Positions 30,228 through 39,350 of a stretch of DNA of 64,000 bases are shown in pieces. The stretch covers positions 32,001 through 96,000 of the IMG/VR virus record IMGVR_UViG_3300047585_000208. One strand, written 5' to 3'. This DNA comes from a virus. The notes beneath the pieces were generated by a model, which made no database searches, was not told where the DNA came from, and worked only from the letters and a program-made list of their open reading frames with translations. Made by a program: the position numbers and the translations under genes. Every line of letters begins with the position of its first letter. The first letter of the stretch is position 1.

Positions 30228-30659
30228 ATGGTTGAAATCTTCCTTTTACTGGTTCTTGCTTCGATCGCTCTTTCAAGAGCCTGGCACGAAAGTCCGCTGT
30301 TTATCGCTGCTCGCGAGTACACCAAAGCTTGGCAAACACTTCCGGGATTTAAAGGTTTTGTCGGTAAGCTCGCGAATTGTCATGTTTGTAACGCGTTTCA
30401 CTTTACGTTTTTGCTCCTCGTCCTATTCATTTTGCTGCCAATGCTACTTGGCGGCGGAGCTCCTTTTCTTGGAGAACTAATTTTGACTTGCCTCTCAGCC
30501 ACAACTTTAGTACACTGGCACGGGGACATTAAGAACTATTCAGGAGCACCCCGTGAGTCGAAAGAAAGGCAAGAAGGTCCGTATTCAGAAGCCACCGGAG
30601 CCCCTTTTGGAAGCGCCGGTCAGCCAGATCATACAAGAGCTTGGTCCAGATGCCGCTAA
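30228..30659 (+). CDS. DUF1360-like membrane protein
   Basis: ESPLF..ARE...GKLANCHVCNAFH flanked by TM helices. Confidence 0.55.
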   Translation: MVEIFLLLVLASIALSRAWHESPLFIAAREYTKAWQTLPGFKGFVGKLANCHVCNAFHFTFLLLVLFILLPMLLGGGAPFLGELILTCLSATTLVHWHGDIKNYSGAPRESKERQEGPYSEATGAPFGSAGQPDHTRAWSRCR

Positions 30660-31182
30660 CTGGGACGCTACAATAATTGGCGACGGCAGCGGCAGTACTT
30701 GGGACGGCTCGTGCGGCTGGGCTTCAGTAATCGTTGATAAACACAGCGGAGTTCGAAAAGCTTTTAAAGGGGCTATGACACCCGGTACAAGTTTTCTTGG
30801 CGAGATCTTCGCGTACATCCAGCCTTTACTTTGGTATTCGCGTAACCCTGGAAGGCATTACTTAAGAAAGGCGATGCAAGACCACGCCTTTGCACAGCTA
30901 AAAGTAAACATCATTACAGACTCTGAAACACTGGCTAGGCAGGGGCGTGGTCTGTATTCCCGTGGCGGCTCGCAGCCGCTGTGGCAGATGATTGACAGTA
31001 TTGCAAGCGAAGGGTACAGCTTTAGGTGGTTTTGGATCCGAAGAGATCGAACCGGGCTCAATATGCTCGTTGACCATTTGTCGAGAATGTGCCGAAAAGC
31101 TGTTGAAGATGTTAGCCTGCCCGAAGGAACTAAACTCGAAGATTTTAATCCGGATGTTGCAGAAGAAGGAAGTCAGATATGA
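30553..31182 (+). CDS. RNase H-like protein
   Basis: IIGDGS...GWASVI...GEIFA...ITDSE...NMLVDHLS reproduces the RNase HI D-E-D-D layout. Confidence 0.7.
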   Translation: MSRKKGKKVRIQKPPEPLLEAPVSQIIQELGPDAANWDATIIGDGSGSTWDGSCGWASVIVDKHSGVRKAFKGAMTPGTSFLGEIFAYIQPLLWYSRNPGRHYLRKAMQDHAFAQLKVNIITDSETLARQGRGLYSRGGSQPLWQMIDSIASEGYSFRWFWIRRDRTGLNMLVDHLSRMCRKAVEDVSLPEGTKLEDFNPDVAEEGSQI

Positions 31183-31481
31183 GCGATTTTGCCGGAGCGC
31201 CAACTATAACGACACCGGAAGGCGGTCATCAGAGTAAGTGCTGTATGCGAGCAGACTTACTGCCATTTAAAGCTTTGCGAGATATTTCTCAGGTTCTAGG
31301 TGAAGGTGCTAGGAAGTACGGAGTAGGCAACTGGAAGCTTATCCCAGTCGTGGATCATTTAAATCACGCCGTTGCTCACATCATGGCGAGCCTAGATGGT
31401 AACAGCGAAGAGCCTCATCTGCTGCACGCGGGGTGCCGCATACTCTTCGCAATCGAGTGTAATCGTGATAAAGCTGAGTAA
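31179..31481 (+). CDS. dATP/dGTP diphosphohydrolase domain protein (DUF5664-like)
   Basis: DLLP..AL...VLGEGARKYGVGNWK...EPHLLHAGCRILF. Confidence 0.8.
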   Translation: MSDFAGAPTITTPEGGHQSKCCMRADLLPFKALRDISQVLGEGARKYGVGNWKLIPVVDHLNHAVAHIMASLDGNSEEPHLLHAGCRILFAIECNRDKAE

Positions 31482-31505
31482 CGCATTACTCAAAAGGAGA
31501 AAGCT

Positions 31506-31805
31506 ATGACGTCTGAATGGATTCTTTACGGGTTACTTGGGTTGGTCGTCTACTGGCGGATAGCTGTTTTTACTTGCGCTGTTGCTTACGCAGCGCTTGG
31601 TGCGCCGAGGTATTTTGATTTTTCCGCAGGAATGGAGTACGTCGGAGCAATTTTTTGGCCTATAACCTGGGTTGTAATCGGGTGCGCTGTTGTTATTGGT
31701 ACTTGCTGTAAAGTCCTGCAGAACGCCGGTAATTCTAGCCCAAAAGGCTTAATCAACAAAGCCGGTGCCAAAATCGGCAATATCGTTTACAAAAGTGTTA
31801 ACTAG
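31506..31805 (+). CDS. Small membrane protein, 'WP' paralog family
   Basis: Palindrome and RBS upstream; AIFWP; NKAGAKIG. Confidence 0.6.
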   Translation: MTSEWILYGLLGLVVYWRIAVFTCAVAYAALGAPRYFDFSAGMEYVGAIFWPITWVVIGCAVVIGTCCKVLQNAGNSSPKGLINKAGAKIGNIVYKSVN

Positions 31806-31858
31806 GAGCAAAAGATGGAGCTTTCGTATATCCCGCTTGTGGTCTAAGGTAATTTCTC

Positions 31859-31887
31859 TTGACACCTAGCCTTTCATAGGCTATGAT
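31859..31887 (+). promoter_or_regulatory. Sigma70-type promoter for tnpB
   Basis: TTGACA-17 bp-TATGAT. Confidence 0.7.
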
Positions 31888-31909
31888 GCTTAAATATCAA
31901 GGAGTTGCC

Positions 31910-32986
31910 GTGCAACGAGCCGCTAAAGTCACATTGAAGTTTACGACTCAAGCAAAGCGCGACAAGCTGGCTGCGTTGCTCCGTCGGTATAGGTCAGCTG
32001 TAAATTTCTTCATCGGTCGCCTTTGGGCGGATATTGAAACCACCTACCACGATCTTACCGACAGCCGTTTGTCCGCGAGGTATCGCTCGGCGGCGCTGAG
32101 GCAGGCCGACAACATTGTTGTGACTACACGAAAGGCTTGCGCTGCAACTGGCAACACCTCGACGAAACCGCACTTCACTGGCACGGCGATTCTTGACGCC
32201 AAGTTTATTACGATTGAAGCTGGCACCGGCCATTTTGATCTTGCCATTCGCATATCTTCGCTTGTCAACGGCGAGCGCATTGTTGTGCTGACCAAAGCGA
32301 CTCGTGTCCTCAATAAGTGGCTTGCCGTTCCCGGTGCGAAGCTTATTCAAGGCTGCGGTCTTGCCGACGATCATCTTGTTTTGTGGGCTAGCGTTGGCGA
32401 TGAAGCCCCCAAGGAAGAAGGCTATTCGATTGGCATCGATATTGGCGTCAATAAGCTTATTTCCACAAGCGAAGAAGAGCACTTCGGCACCGACTTCAAG
32501 GATATTTGCGACAAGCTTCGTCGCAAGAAGCCCGGCAGCGCAGGACACCGTCGAGCTTGTGCCGAGCGCAAGAATTTCATCAACAGAACCGTAAATCAAT
32601 TGGCGTGGGGGCGCATTCGCGTTATTGGCGTCGAGCGCCTCCGCAATCTCAAGAAAGGCAAAAAACCAAATAGAGGAAAAACCTTCAGAAAAGCTATCTC
32701 GCCTTGGACGTATTGCCAGGTGATAGAACGGGTAAAATGCAAAGCTCAAGAGAACCGTGTTCGTCTTGTTGAAATTGACCCCGCATACACCTCCCAAACA
32801 TGCCCCGTCTGCAAGAAGGTGAGTAAAGAAAACCGAGTGGGAGAGCACTTTCAATGCGTGTCTTGCGCTTGGAGCTGTGACGCCGACACCGTCGGAGCGT
32901 TAAATGTGCTCGCTCGAACCACGGATACTCTGCGCAGTTTGGAGTCGCGCAGGCTTCTTAAAGCCAATGACAAACCGTTGAAATAA
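31910..32986 (+). CDS. tnpB: RNA-guided endonuclease TnpB
   Basis: RuvC-I GIDIG, RuvC-II GVERL, YTSQTCPVC...CVSC zinc finger, RuvC-III DADTVGALN; GTG start after AAGGAG. Confidence 0.9.
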   Translation: MQRAAKVTLKFTTQAKRDKLAALLRRYRSAVNFFIGRLWADIETTYHDLTDSRLSARYRSAALRQADNIVVTTRKACAATGNTSTKPHFTGTAILDAKFITIEAGTGHFDLAIRISSLVNGERIVVLTKATRVLNKWLAVPGAKLIQGCGLADDHLVLWASVGDEAPKEEGYSIGIDIGVNKLISTSEEEHFGTDFKDICDKLRRKKPGSAGHRRACAERKNFINRTVNQLAWGRIRVIGVERLRNLKKGKKPNRGKTFRKAISPWTYCQVIERVKCKAQENRVRLVEIDPAYTSQTCPVCKKVSKENRVGEHFQCVSCAWSCDADTVGALNVLARTTDTLRSLESRRLLKANDKPLK

Positions 32987-33014
32987 ATGCCTAGTCATTG
33001 ATTAACTCCTTGGC

Positions 33015-33281
33015 GTGATCATTTATTTCAAGGCAGCTAAGCTACTTGGACAATTTACGGATGGATTAGCTGGCGAGGACCCACTTGAAGCGCCGTCTTC
33101 CGGCGCAACAGCCGCCTGTGTAGTATTTATGCCGATTATAGCGATCGTCGATGTAGTCATTATCATTGGCAACATTATTAACCGTGTTTGTGCATTTAAA
33201 TCTAAACCAAAGCTAGCAAGGCAGCACAATCGGGCTTACCGGATTGGTCGCCGAATAAGCTGCTGGACGCGAGGAGACTAA
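33015..33281 (+). pseudogene. 3' part of a 'WP'-family membrane gene, probably interrupted by the TnpB element
   Basis: Resembles 57508-57813 (MEYIPFCLLGTVLW) when joined to the 31815 N-terminus. Confidence 0.45.
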
Positions 33282-33369
33282 CATTCCGCTAGGGCTGCTA
33301 GGGCTACATAAAGATGGCTCGCCTTACTGCGACCTTGCTTCATTACAGCGTTGGTATGGAGTTGAGAAT

Positions 33370-33696
33370 TTGCCTTTGATCGTGTTACTGGTACTTTTGA
33401 CTGGTTGGGGTTATCGAGTCGGTGGGCACTTTACACTTGGGTTACTGGACAGACCGGCAAAATGTCACGATTTCGACGAATGGACGAATGATTTAATCTT
33501 ATGCACTTGGCCGATCTGGCTAATAGCTACGGTAGTTCTTATAGCGTGCGCAAGTGTCGTTGTTGTAATAAAAACTACATTTAAAGGTGTAAAAGCTTTA
33601 ACTAAGCTTATTTATGGCAACAAAGACCCTGAAAGATCGGTCGCACGAAGAGTTGGGTACTGGCTTGGTAATCAAGTAGATCAAATGATAGGTTAA
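33370..33696 (+). CDS. Small membrane protein, 'WP' paralog family
   Basis: VGGHFTLGL, CTWPIW, RRVGYWLGNQ. Confidence 0.55.
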   Translation: MPLIVLLVLLTGWGYRVGGHFTLGLLDRPAKCHDFDEWTNDLILCTWPIWLIATVVLIACASVVVVIKTTFKGVKALTKLIYGNKDPERSVARRVGYWLGNQVDQMIG

Positions 33697-33748
33697 AAGT
33701 CTAGTTGAGTAATACGTTACTCAAACTGCCTAGTTTAACATTTTCAGA

Positions 33749-33783
33749 AAAGCCCTCTGGCGTGCCGCCAGAGGGCTTTCTTT
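33749..33783 (+). terminator. Rho-independent terminator
   Basis: Stem AAAGCCCTCTGGCG/CGCCAGAGGGCTTT followed by CTTT. Confidence 0.75.
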
Positions 33784-34095
33784 GCTTCATTTGAAGTTTA
33801 GCTCGCTAAAAGGAACAGAATCGATTCTGAGCGATTCTGGAGCGTTTAAAAGGCATTCTGCTACAGATCGCGGAATGTGTTGGTATAACTTTACTCTTTG
33901 TTAAAGCTAAAACATGCCTCCGGCACAGCTCGCGAAGTGTTTCTGTTGTGGTTTGTTTTGATGTAAATCTTTTAATCTCAACGATTTACATTTACAGCTC
34001 GCGATATGTTCTTTTGTTTGTTTTTCATTTTTTCTTTTTATTTTATCTTTTCAGTTTGCCTATGCTCAACCCCTCGGCCGTAGGCCGGAGAGGGG

Positions 34096-35061
34096 TTGAG
34101 CATAGGCGAAACTGTCTTATACTCCTACGTTAGTAGGAGTAGACGATATATACCCCCCTTTGTCCTCTTACCTCTCTACCTGAGGAGTAAGCTCGTGTTT
34201 TCATCTGACATTAACTGGAGATTCAAATCTTTCCAGTCAAGAGAAGCTTTGACTATTCTGCGATCTGCGGTCTTTGCCCCTATTTTAGGAAAAGCAAAGA
34301 GTCTGTCACCAGAACAAGCTATGTGTAGAATTTTGACTCAGTGGCGAGAAACTGCAAAAGCTCTCGCAGTCTCTAATTGGCTTGCCCCCGAGAGTTTACC
34401 TATCTACAGGAACTGCAAGCCGTTTTTGGTAAACGTCCATGGCAAGTCTAAGACCTTGCCTTGTCAGTACTACCAAGTTTGCCCGTGGTGCTTTGCGAGA
34501 TCGTGTGCACGGCCCGCTACCGCTTTCCTTAGAGCCTTCTCTAAAGATGAAGGCCTTTTCTCTGCGCTTGAAGTAGAACGTATACCCGTCGCGAACTACC
34601 CACCTGCTGAGCTTAAGAAGTTCCTAGCTCACAAAAAACAAATCATGGTTGAAAGTCATGCAGCCAATAACCAATGTCGGCGCGGTTCTGTCTACACAAT
34701 CACAGCTGAGCCAGCTCTAAGGGAAGGGGTTTGGCATTGGAAGATAAGGTCTTACTTGCTAATGATAGTTAATCCAGCGATTCGCGATCTGCATACTTGG
34801 AGTAATTGGAGTTGGACTTTAATGCCTTTTCCTAGTCAGGAGGAGCTCTATCACTGTTTGTCGTCTGTGTTTAGATATCCTCGGATGCTACTGCTCAGTG
34901 AAAAGCCTGAGTTAGTAGCAGAAGCGTTAGCTGCGCGCGAGGGTTTACGTTTGCGAGAAGTTACTGGGCGCGTTCGCGCAGTACACGACAAGCTAAAGGT
35001 CAAACATGAACAAAAAGGAGCAACCGGTGTTACAAGAATTGGTACTGAAGCACTACTCTGA
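34096..35061 (+). CDS. Hypothetical protein with Cys cluster (start uncertain)
   Basis: NC...PCQYYQVCPWC recalls the zinc domain of rolling-circle Rep/IS91 proteins; no intact HUH motif. Confidence 0.45.
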   Translation: MSIGETVLYSYVSRSRRYIPPFVLLPLYLRSKLVFSSDINWRFKSFQSREALTILRSAVFAPILGKAKSLSPEQAMCRILTQWRETAKALAVSNWLAPESLPIYRNCKPFLVNVHGKSKTLPCQYYQVCPWCFARSCARPATAFLRAFSKDEGLFSALEVERIPVANYPPAELKKFLAHKKQIMVESHAANNQCRRGSVYTITAEPALREGVWHWKIRSYLLMIVNPAIRDLHTWSNWSWTLMPFPSQEELYHCLSSVFRYPRMLLLSEKPELVAEALAAREGLRLREVTGRVRAVHDKLKVKHEQKGATGVTRIGTEALL

Positions 35062-35362
35062 TCCTTCTGCGACCAAAGCGTACTGCGAGTGGCCGTTTGT
35101 TTACTTGATTGGTTTGGCGCAGCACCACAACCGCGAGATTGCTGAAAACAACGGCTGGGAGTGGCGTGAACCTGACATGTTTGTTGTTGACATGCCTATG
35201 CCGGCTAAAGCTGGTAACTGGGCAGCTCGATTGTACGGGATGAAGATCTCGATCTTTCTTCGCGAGAATAACGGTCGGATTGAGGGTAGAGCTGCTGCGC
35301 CTTCTGATTCGAATGCCTTTGAGTCTGGGCAGGAGGTTGAGAAATGGAAAGAAGTGAGGTAA
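35006..35362 (+). CDS. Hypothetical protein
   Basis: 118 aa; AAGG RBS. Confidence 0.5.
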   Translation: MNKKEQPVLQELVLKHYSDPSATKAYCEWPFVYLIGLAQHHNREIAENNGWEWREPDMFVVDMPMPAKAGNWAARLYGMKISIFLRENNGRIEGRAAAPSDSNAFESGQEVEKWKEVR

Positions 35363-35628
35363 TTAACGCTGTCCAACTATTGAGCGGCGAGATTATTGGT
35401 TTTGGTTGTAGCTCTACTGGAACTAATTGTCCATATCGTCTTGTAGGGTTATTGACAGGTATAGGCTGCGCCTCAGGAGGCCCAGATTACGAGGCTGGGC
35501 AGTGGGACGGGACTGGTGAAGGTTCTGGATCTTCTCTTGGGTGTCTGGCTTTTGTTGAGCCCACTGCTGGGTATGGGAGGGGCTGGGGAACGCCCGCTGG
35601 GGATGGACTTTGTACAGGAACTAGTTGA
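35344..35628 (+). CDS. Gly-rich micro-protein family
   Basis: GGPDYEAG...GYGRGWG; GGAGG RBS; stop lies in the palindrome. Confidence 0.6.
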   Translation: MERSEVINAVQLLSGEIIGFGCSSTGTNCPYRLVGLLTGIGCASGGPDYEAGQWDGTGEGSGSSLGCLAFVEPTAGYGRGWGTPAGDGLCTGTS

Positions 35629-35656
35629 GTAATGCATTACTCAGAAAGGCGTTACT

Positions 35657-35941
35657 GTGACAAAAACAATTTACCGCCAAAACTGTACCTCTTTGGGTGA
35701 CGGAGTTGGCGACTTTGAGGACCATATGTCTGCCAGTACTGACGGATGCGGCGGACCTGACTGTCTTGCCGGGCAGCAGCATGGCGTTGGCTTCGCTAGG
35801 GGTGACGCTTCTGGCTTTGGGGAGACTACCATTAGGGGCAGCGTTTTTGGCCTTGGGCAGTTTAATGGAAAGTCATTTGGCGAAGCCAAAGGTTGGGGCG
35901 TGGGTCGTGGAGCTGTTAACGGCACAGGCCACGACGAGTAA
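35657..35941 (+). CDS. Gly-rich micro-protein family
   Basis: LGDGVG...GGPDCLAG...GWGVGRG; palindromes on both sides. Confidence 0.6.
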   Translation: MTKTIYRQNCTSLGDGVGDFEDHMSASTDGCGGPDCLAGQQHGVGFARGDASGFGETTIRGSVFGLGQFNGKSFGEAKGWGVGRGAVNGTGHDE

Positions 35942-35965
35942 GCCGTTACTCAAGAAAGGAAATTT

Positions 35966-36214
35966 ATGCTCGCTATCGAGAAGGCAGCTGGAACTGAGCT
36001 TGGAGATGGTGGTGGAATATACGAAAGCAGTATGGCGAGAGTTTTTGGTAATAGCTATGAAGATTGGCCAGCAGGGTTCAAGGATGGTAGCGGTATAGGT
36101 ATTGTGATTGAACCAATCGGTTCTTACGTTGACGAGGCTGTTGGTTATAACCCCGGGGTTGCCACATGCGCTGGAGCACGCGATGGAACCGGAGCTGACT
36201 ATGGAGCTGCCTAA
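35966..36214 (+). CDS. Gly-rich micro-protein family
   Basis: LGDGGG...DWPAGFKDGSG. Confidence 0.6.
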   Translation: MLAIEKAAGTELGDGGGIYESSMARVFGNSYEDWPAGFKDGSGIGIVIEPIGSYVDEAVGYNPGVATCAGARDGTGADYGAA

Positions 36215-36216
36215 CT

Positions 36217-36450
36217 ATGCAAAGCTATAAAACTCGTGCTGGAACAGGGGGAGGCGACGGCGGCGGGTCATTTGAGAATTCAGTTTCTTTGGGCAATGGC
36301 ACCAGTTTCTACGACTGGGGTTCAGGAGATTTAGGTGGTTGTAGTGCGTTTATTGACGACGTTAATACGGTTTCTTGTAGCGGTAAGGGTTACGGTGTTT
36401 TAAATGGCGTTGGTAATGCTATCGGGGAGGGTTATTGCTATGCTGACTGA
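36217..36450 (+). CDS. Gly-rich micro-protein family
   Basis: GGGDGGG...DWGSG...GKGYG. Confidence 0.6.
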   Translation: MQSYKTRAGTGGGDGGGSFENSVSLGNGTSFYDWGSGDLGGCSAFIDDVNTVSCSGKGYGVLNGVGNAIGEGYCYAD

Positions 36451-36697
36451 CTCAGCCGACGGATCTGGTAGGGAATTTGTCGAGCTTTTCGGTTTCTATG
36501 ACGCAGACGGCTGTGTTGGCTTTTTTGACGTTGGCGCTGGTTATCGTAGTAACACTGGAGGAGGCTATAGTAGCGAGGGCGACCAGCTTGGAATCGGCTT
36601 TGGCCAAGGTTGTTCTGCTGGTAGTGGAACCGCTTTAGGGTGTGGTGACTACTCTTTAAGTATAGGAAAAACACATGTACGCAGCAGACTTAATTAA
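36440..36697 (+). CDS. Gly-rich micro-protein family
   Basis: GGAGG RBS before ATG 36440; ADGSG...GIGFGQG. Confidence 0.5.
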   Translation: MLTDSADGSGREFVELFGFYDADGCVGFFDVGAGYRSNTGGGYSSEGDQLGIGFGQGCSAGSGTALGCGDYSLSIGKTHVRSRLN

Positions 36698-37319
36698 AAC
36701 CTGCGCTAAGGCTAATAATCTCCCCCCGGAGATTCAAATCATTTTGATTACTGAGTTTCTGGTTGACAAATTGCCAGGAGTTCAAGGTGAGGTTGTCTCG
36801 GAAAAACTTCGAGAGATACTTGAAGCAGTTGGGGTAGTCCCAGACGTTGTTATTGATGTTATTGGTGCTCTGCTTGATCGTTATGCCGCAACTAAGGATT
36901 TGCCGAAATATCTCAAGGACTTTTTGGCTGGCTGGGCAACGGCAGTTATTCCAGAGCCAACTAACGCGACTATTATTTGTGAGGTGACTGCTGAAGAAGC
37001 AAAGCGAATTGACAAGGCTTTTAGCGACGTGGCTTGGCCAATTGGTGTTCGAATGCCTGTCGGTAGTGTGCGGGATACCGAGGTACCGGATTGGCTGAGT
37101 TGCGTATTAATCACGTTAATTGGCAATTCTGCAGGTGCACCAGTCATCGATATTAGTTTGTGGATTGATGATAAATGCGTAGCTTCTGGGCCTCCTTGTT
37201 ATTCGCTTGATGAACCAATTCGAGTAACGTATAGGAGTGTTTGCGTTGAAATTAAATTTGTGAGATTGCCAGAGGTTCAGAGTGGCGCGCCCAAAGAAGC
37301 AACCCAAGGGTCAACCTAG
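36675..37319 (+). CDS. Hypothetical protein
   Basis: 214 aa; AGGA RBS. Confidence 0.55.
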   Translation: MYAADLIKTCAKANNLPPEIQIILITEFLVDKLPGVQGEVVSEKLREILEAVGVVPDVVIDVIGALLDRYAATKDLPKYLKDFLAGWATAVIPEPTNATIICEVTAEEAKRIDKAFSDVAWPIGVRMPVGSVRDTEVPDWLSCVLITLIGNSAGAPVIDISLWIDDKCVASGPPCYSLDEPIRVTYRSVCVEIKFVRLPEVQSGAPKEATQGST

Positions 37320-37494
37320 ACCCGGACGAGAAGTCAAGTGTTTAGGCCTTAACTGCGGAAAAATGTTTTGGTCTGAGGACCCTTGTCGAATAAGAATTTG
37401 TCCTGTGTGCCGGAAAAAGCCTGGCCGTAATGATGTGCCGAGGATAAGGCTTTTCAAAACAGACAATCTTGGAGGGTTTCATCCTCCGGAGTGA
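37282..37494 (+). CDS. Small zinc-finger protein
   Basis: CLGLNCGKMF...RICPVC. Confidence 0.55.
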   Translation: MARPKKQPKGQPRPGREVKCLGLNCGKMFWSEDPCRIRICPVCRKKPGRNDVPRIRLFKTDNLGGFHPPE

Positions 37495-37529
37495 AAAGTT
37501 AAGTAACGCATTACTCAAAAGGAGGAAGC

Positions 37530-37874
37530 ATGTTCAATCACGCAATTGCTTGCGCTGTTGAATCACTTGTTTCTGCCGGTTTTATTGATAAGCAGAAGTC
37601 TTCAGAAGCCGAAGCGCACATGCGCGAGTTTTGGAAAAATAAGCTTGTCGATATCTGGTCTGTGGAGGATGTTCAATCTGTTAGACCAGATCTTGATGAA
37701 AAGCAAGCGGTCATGGTGCTTGAACACCTAGATCGCAACTTTGATAGCGAGATTGGAATTAACTGGCAGCGAATTGAACAAGCTGCTATTTACGTCTTTG
37801 GCCCTCTTGAGTTGGATTCCTGTCGCCTCACTTCTTTGTTAGCAGAGGAGCTTGTTGATGGCCGTGCCGATTAG
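37530..37874 (+). CDS. Hypothetical phage protein
   Basis: WSVEDVQSVRPDL...GINWQRI; palindrome and AAGGAGG upstream. Confidence 0.6.
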   Translation: MFNHAIACAVESLVSAGFIDKQKSSEAEAHMREFWKNKLVDIWSVEDVQSVRPDLDEKQAVMVLEHLDRNFDSEIGINWQRIEQAAIYVFGPLELDSCRLTSLLAEELVDGRAD

Positions 37875-38952
37875 CGCTATCACCGCCGACGACCATCTTG
37901 ATACACATACCTGGGCTAAACATCCTGATCTAGCTGGCGACAGCTACTTTGCTTTCAGCCAAAAAATTGATTACTGTCTTGCCCGTGATCTTTCTCTAAT
38001 CCAAGCCGGGGATCTCTTTAATCGCCGATTTCCTGATCCGGCCTCTGTGTACTTCTTTAATCAGCAGATGCACAGAATGAAACGCGGAGACATCGGTGTT
38101 TATGCCATTCAGGGTAACCACGAGGTCTTTCGTACCAGCCCGTGGCTGAGCTCTAACGCGAGCGGTTGCCCAGCACACGTTCACAAGAAGGCTTTTCAGA
38201 TCGGCGATATCTGGTTCTACGGCCTTGACTTTCAGCCAGCTGAACAGTTAAAACTTGAACTAGTCGCCCTTAGGCAACTTGAACCAAAGCCTCATGTCCT
38301 TATCGCTCATCAGGTTTGGGAGGAGCCGATGGGGCTTAAAGCTGGTCCTGAAGCTGCTTATCGAGACGTCCCAGTTGTGCAGATGCTTATTACTGGTGAT
38401 TTCCATCGCCATTGTGTTACTCGCTGTGTAGGCGTAGACGAGCAGCCTTTAACCGTTCTTAGCCCCGGGTCGCAGTGTCTGCAGAGTAAAGCTGAGGACC
38501 CAAATAAGTATTTCTTTATCCTCTATAGCGACTTGACAGTTGAATCGGTATTGCTTAAGTCAAGGCCACTTGAGCGATTTAAGTTTCGTAATCCGCTTTC
38601 TTTCGAGGATGAGCTAGCTCAAGCTGTCGCTAAAGCTGTTCCTGGCAACGAGTTACCAGAGCACATTGCAAAGCCTATTTTTGTTGTTGAGTATTCAGAG
38701 CTAATTTCGAACGTTCACGCGCGCTTAAAGGCAGCCTTGGCCGGCAAGGTTCATTTGTTTGAAACGCCCATCGAGTCGAGGGCTGCGAAAGCTGAAGTTA
38801 AGCCGGCTATTGCAAAGTGCGGGGCTGTTGAGCAGCTGGAGCTTTTTAAAGAGGATTTGCCTGTTTACGAAACTTCAAAGAGGCTTCTAACTGCCAAAGA
38901 CCCTCTTAGCGAGTGGCAGGAAATTATTTCTGACGCCTCGAAAGGTTCTTGA
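37858..38952 (+). CDS. Mre11/SbcD-like metallophosphoesterase nuclease
   Basis: ADDH, AGDLF, GNHE, AHQ, GDFH, SPGS motifs. Confidence 0.85.
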   Translation: MAVPISAITADDHLDTHTWAKHPDLAGDSYFAFSQKIDYCLARDLSLIQAGDLFNRRFPDPASVYFFNQQMHRMKRGDIGVYAIQGNHEVFRTSPWLSSNASGCPAHVHKKAFQIGDIWFYGLDFQPAEQLKLELVALRQLEPKPHVLIAHQVWEEPMGLKAGPEAAYRDVPVVQMLITGDFHRHCVTRCVGVDEQPLTVLSPGSQCLQSKAEDPNKYFFILYSDLTVESVLLKSRPLERFKFRNPLSFEDELAQAVAKAVPGNELPEHIAKPIFVVEYSELISNVHARLKAALAGKVHLFETPIESRAAKAEVKPAIAKCGAVEQLELFKEDLPVYETSKRLLTAKDPLSEWQEIISDASKGS

Positions 38953-39109
38953 TATGTCAGAGTCGCCCATTTTTCGCCAAATCTGCGTGGACTTGCATAC
39001 CATTGTTTGCCTGGACGCGCTTATTCTTCTTTTTGTCATCCTCGACTTTGCTCACGGGGTTTGGATAAAAAGATTTCAAAAATAATTCCAAAAAGGGGCT
39101 TGCCGATCT

Positions 39110-39268
39110 ATGCTCGATTCCATAGTATTAGGCGGAATAGTGATTGGTTGTGGTTTAGGCTTGTGTGCCCTTGCTGTTGGTTTCTTTGAGCTGTTGGATT
39201 GGTCGATGGGAGAGGATGATACCGACGATGACGATCACCATCAAGGTGGCCCAGTTCTAGCTGCGTAA
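39110..39268 (+). CDS. Single-TM micro-protein with acidic tail
   Basis: MLDSIVLGGIVIG...EDDTDDDD; stop lies in the palindrome. Confidence 0.45.
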   Translation: MLDSIVLGGIVIGCGLGLCALAVGFFELLDWSMGEDDTDDDDHHQGGPVLAA

Positions 39269-39350
39269 TACGTTACTCAGCGCCTAGAGTCGAGGGCTAA
39301 ATCGACTAGACAGCGAGAAGCTGTTTTACGCCCGCCTATGGATTACGGCG

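Larger units (their letters stand above)
31845..33005 (+). mobile_element. TnpB-only IS200/IS605-related element (boundaries approximate)
   Basis: tnpB with its own promoter; sits between MELSYIPLVV (31815) and LLGVIIYF (about 33006), which look like two halves of one membrane gene. Confidence 0.6.

Noticed and set aside
31994-32854. 286-aa minus-strand ORF
   Set aside because: Antisense shadow of tnpB with no recognisable motifs
33948-34133. 60-aa Phe-rich ORF
   Set aside because: A by-product of the T-rich tract, with no RBS
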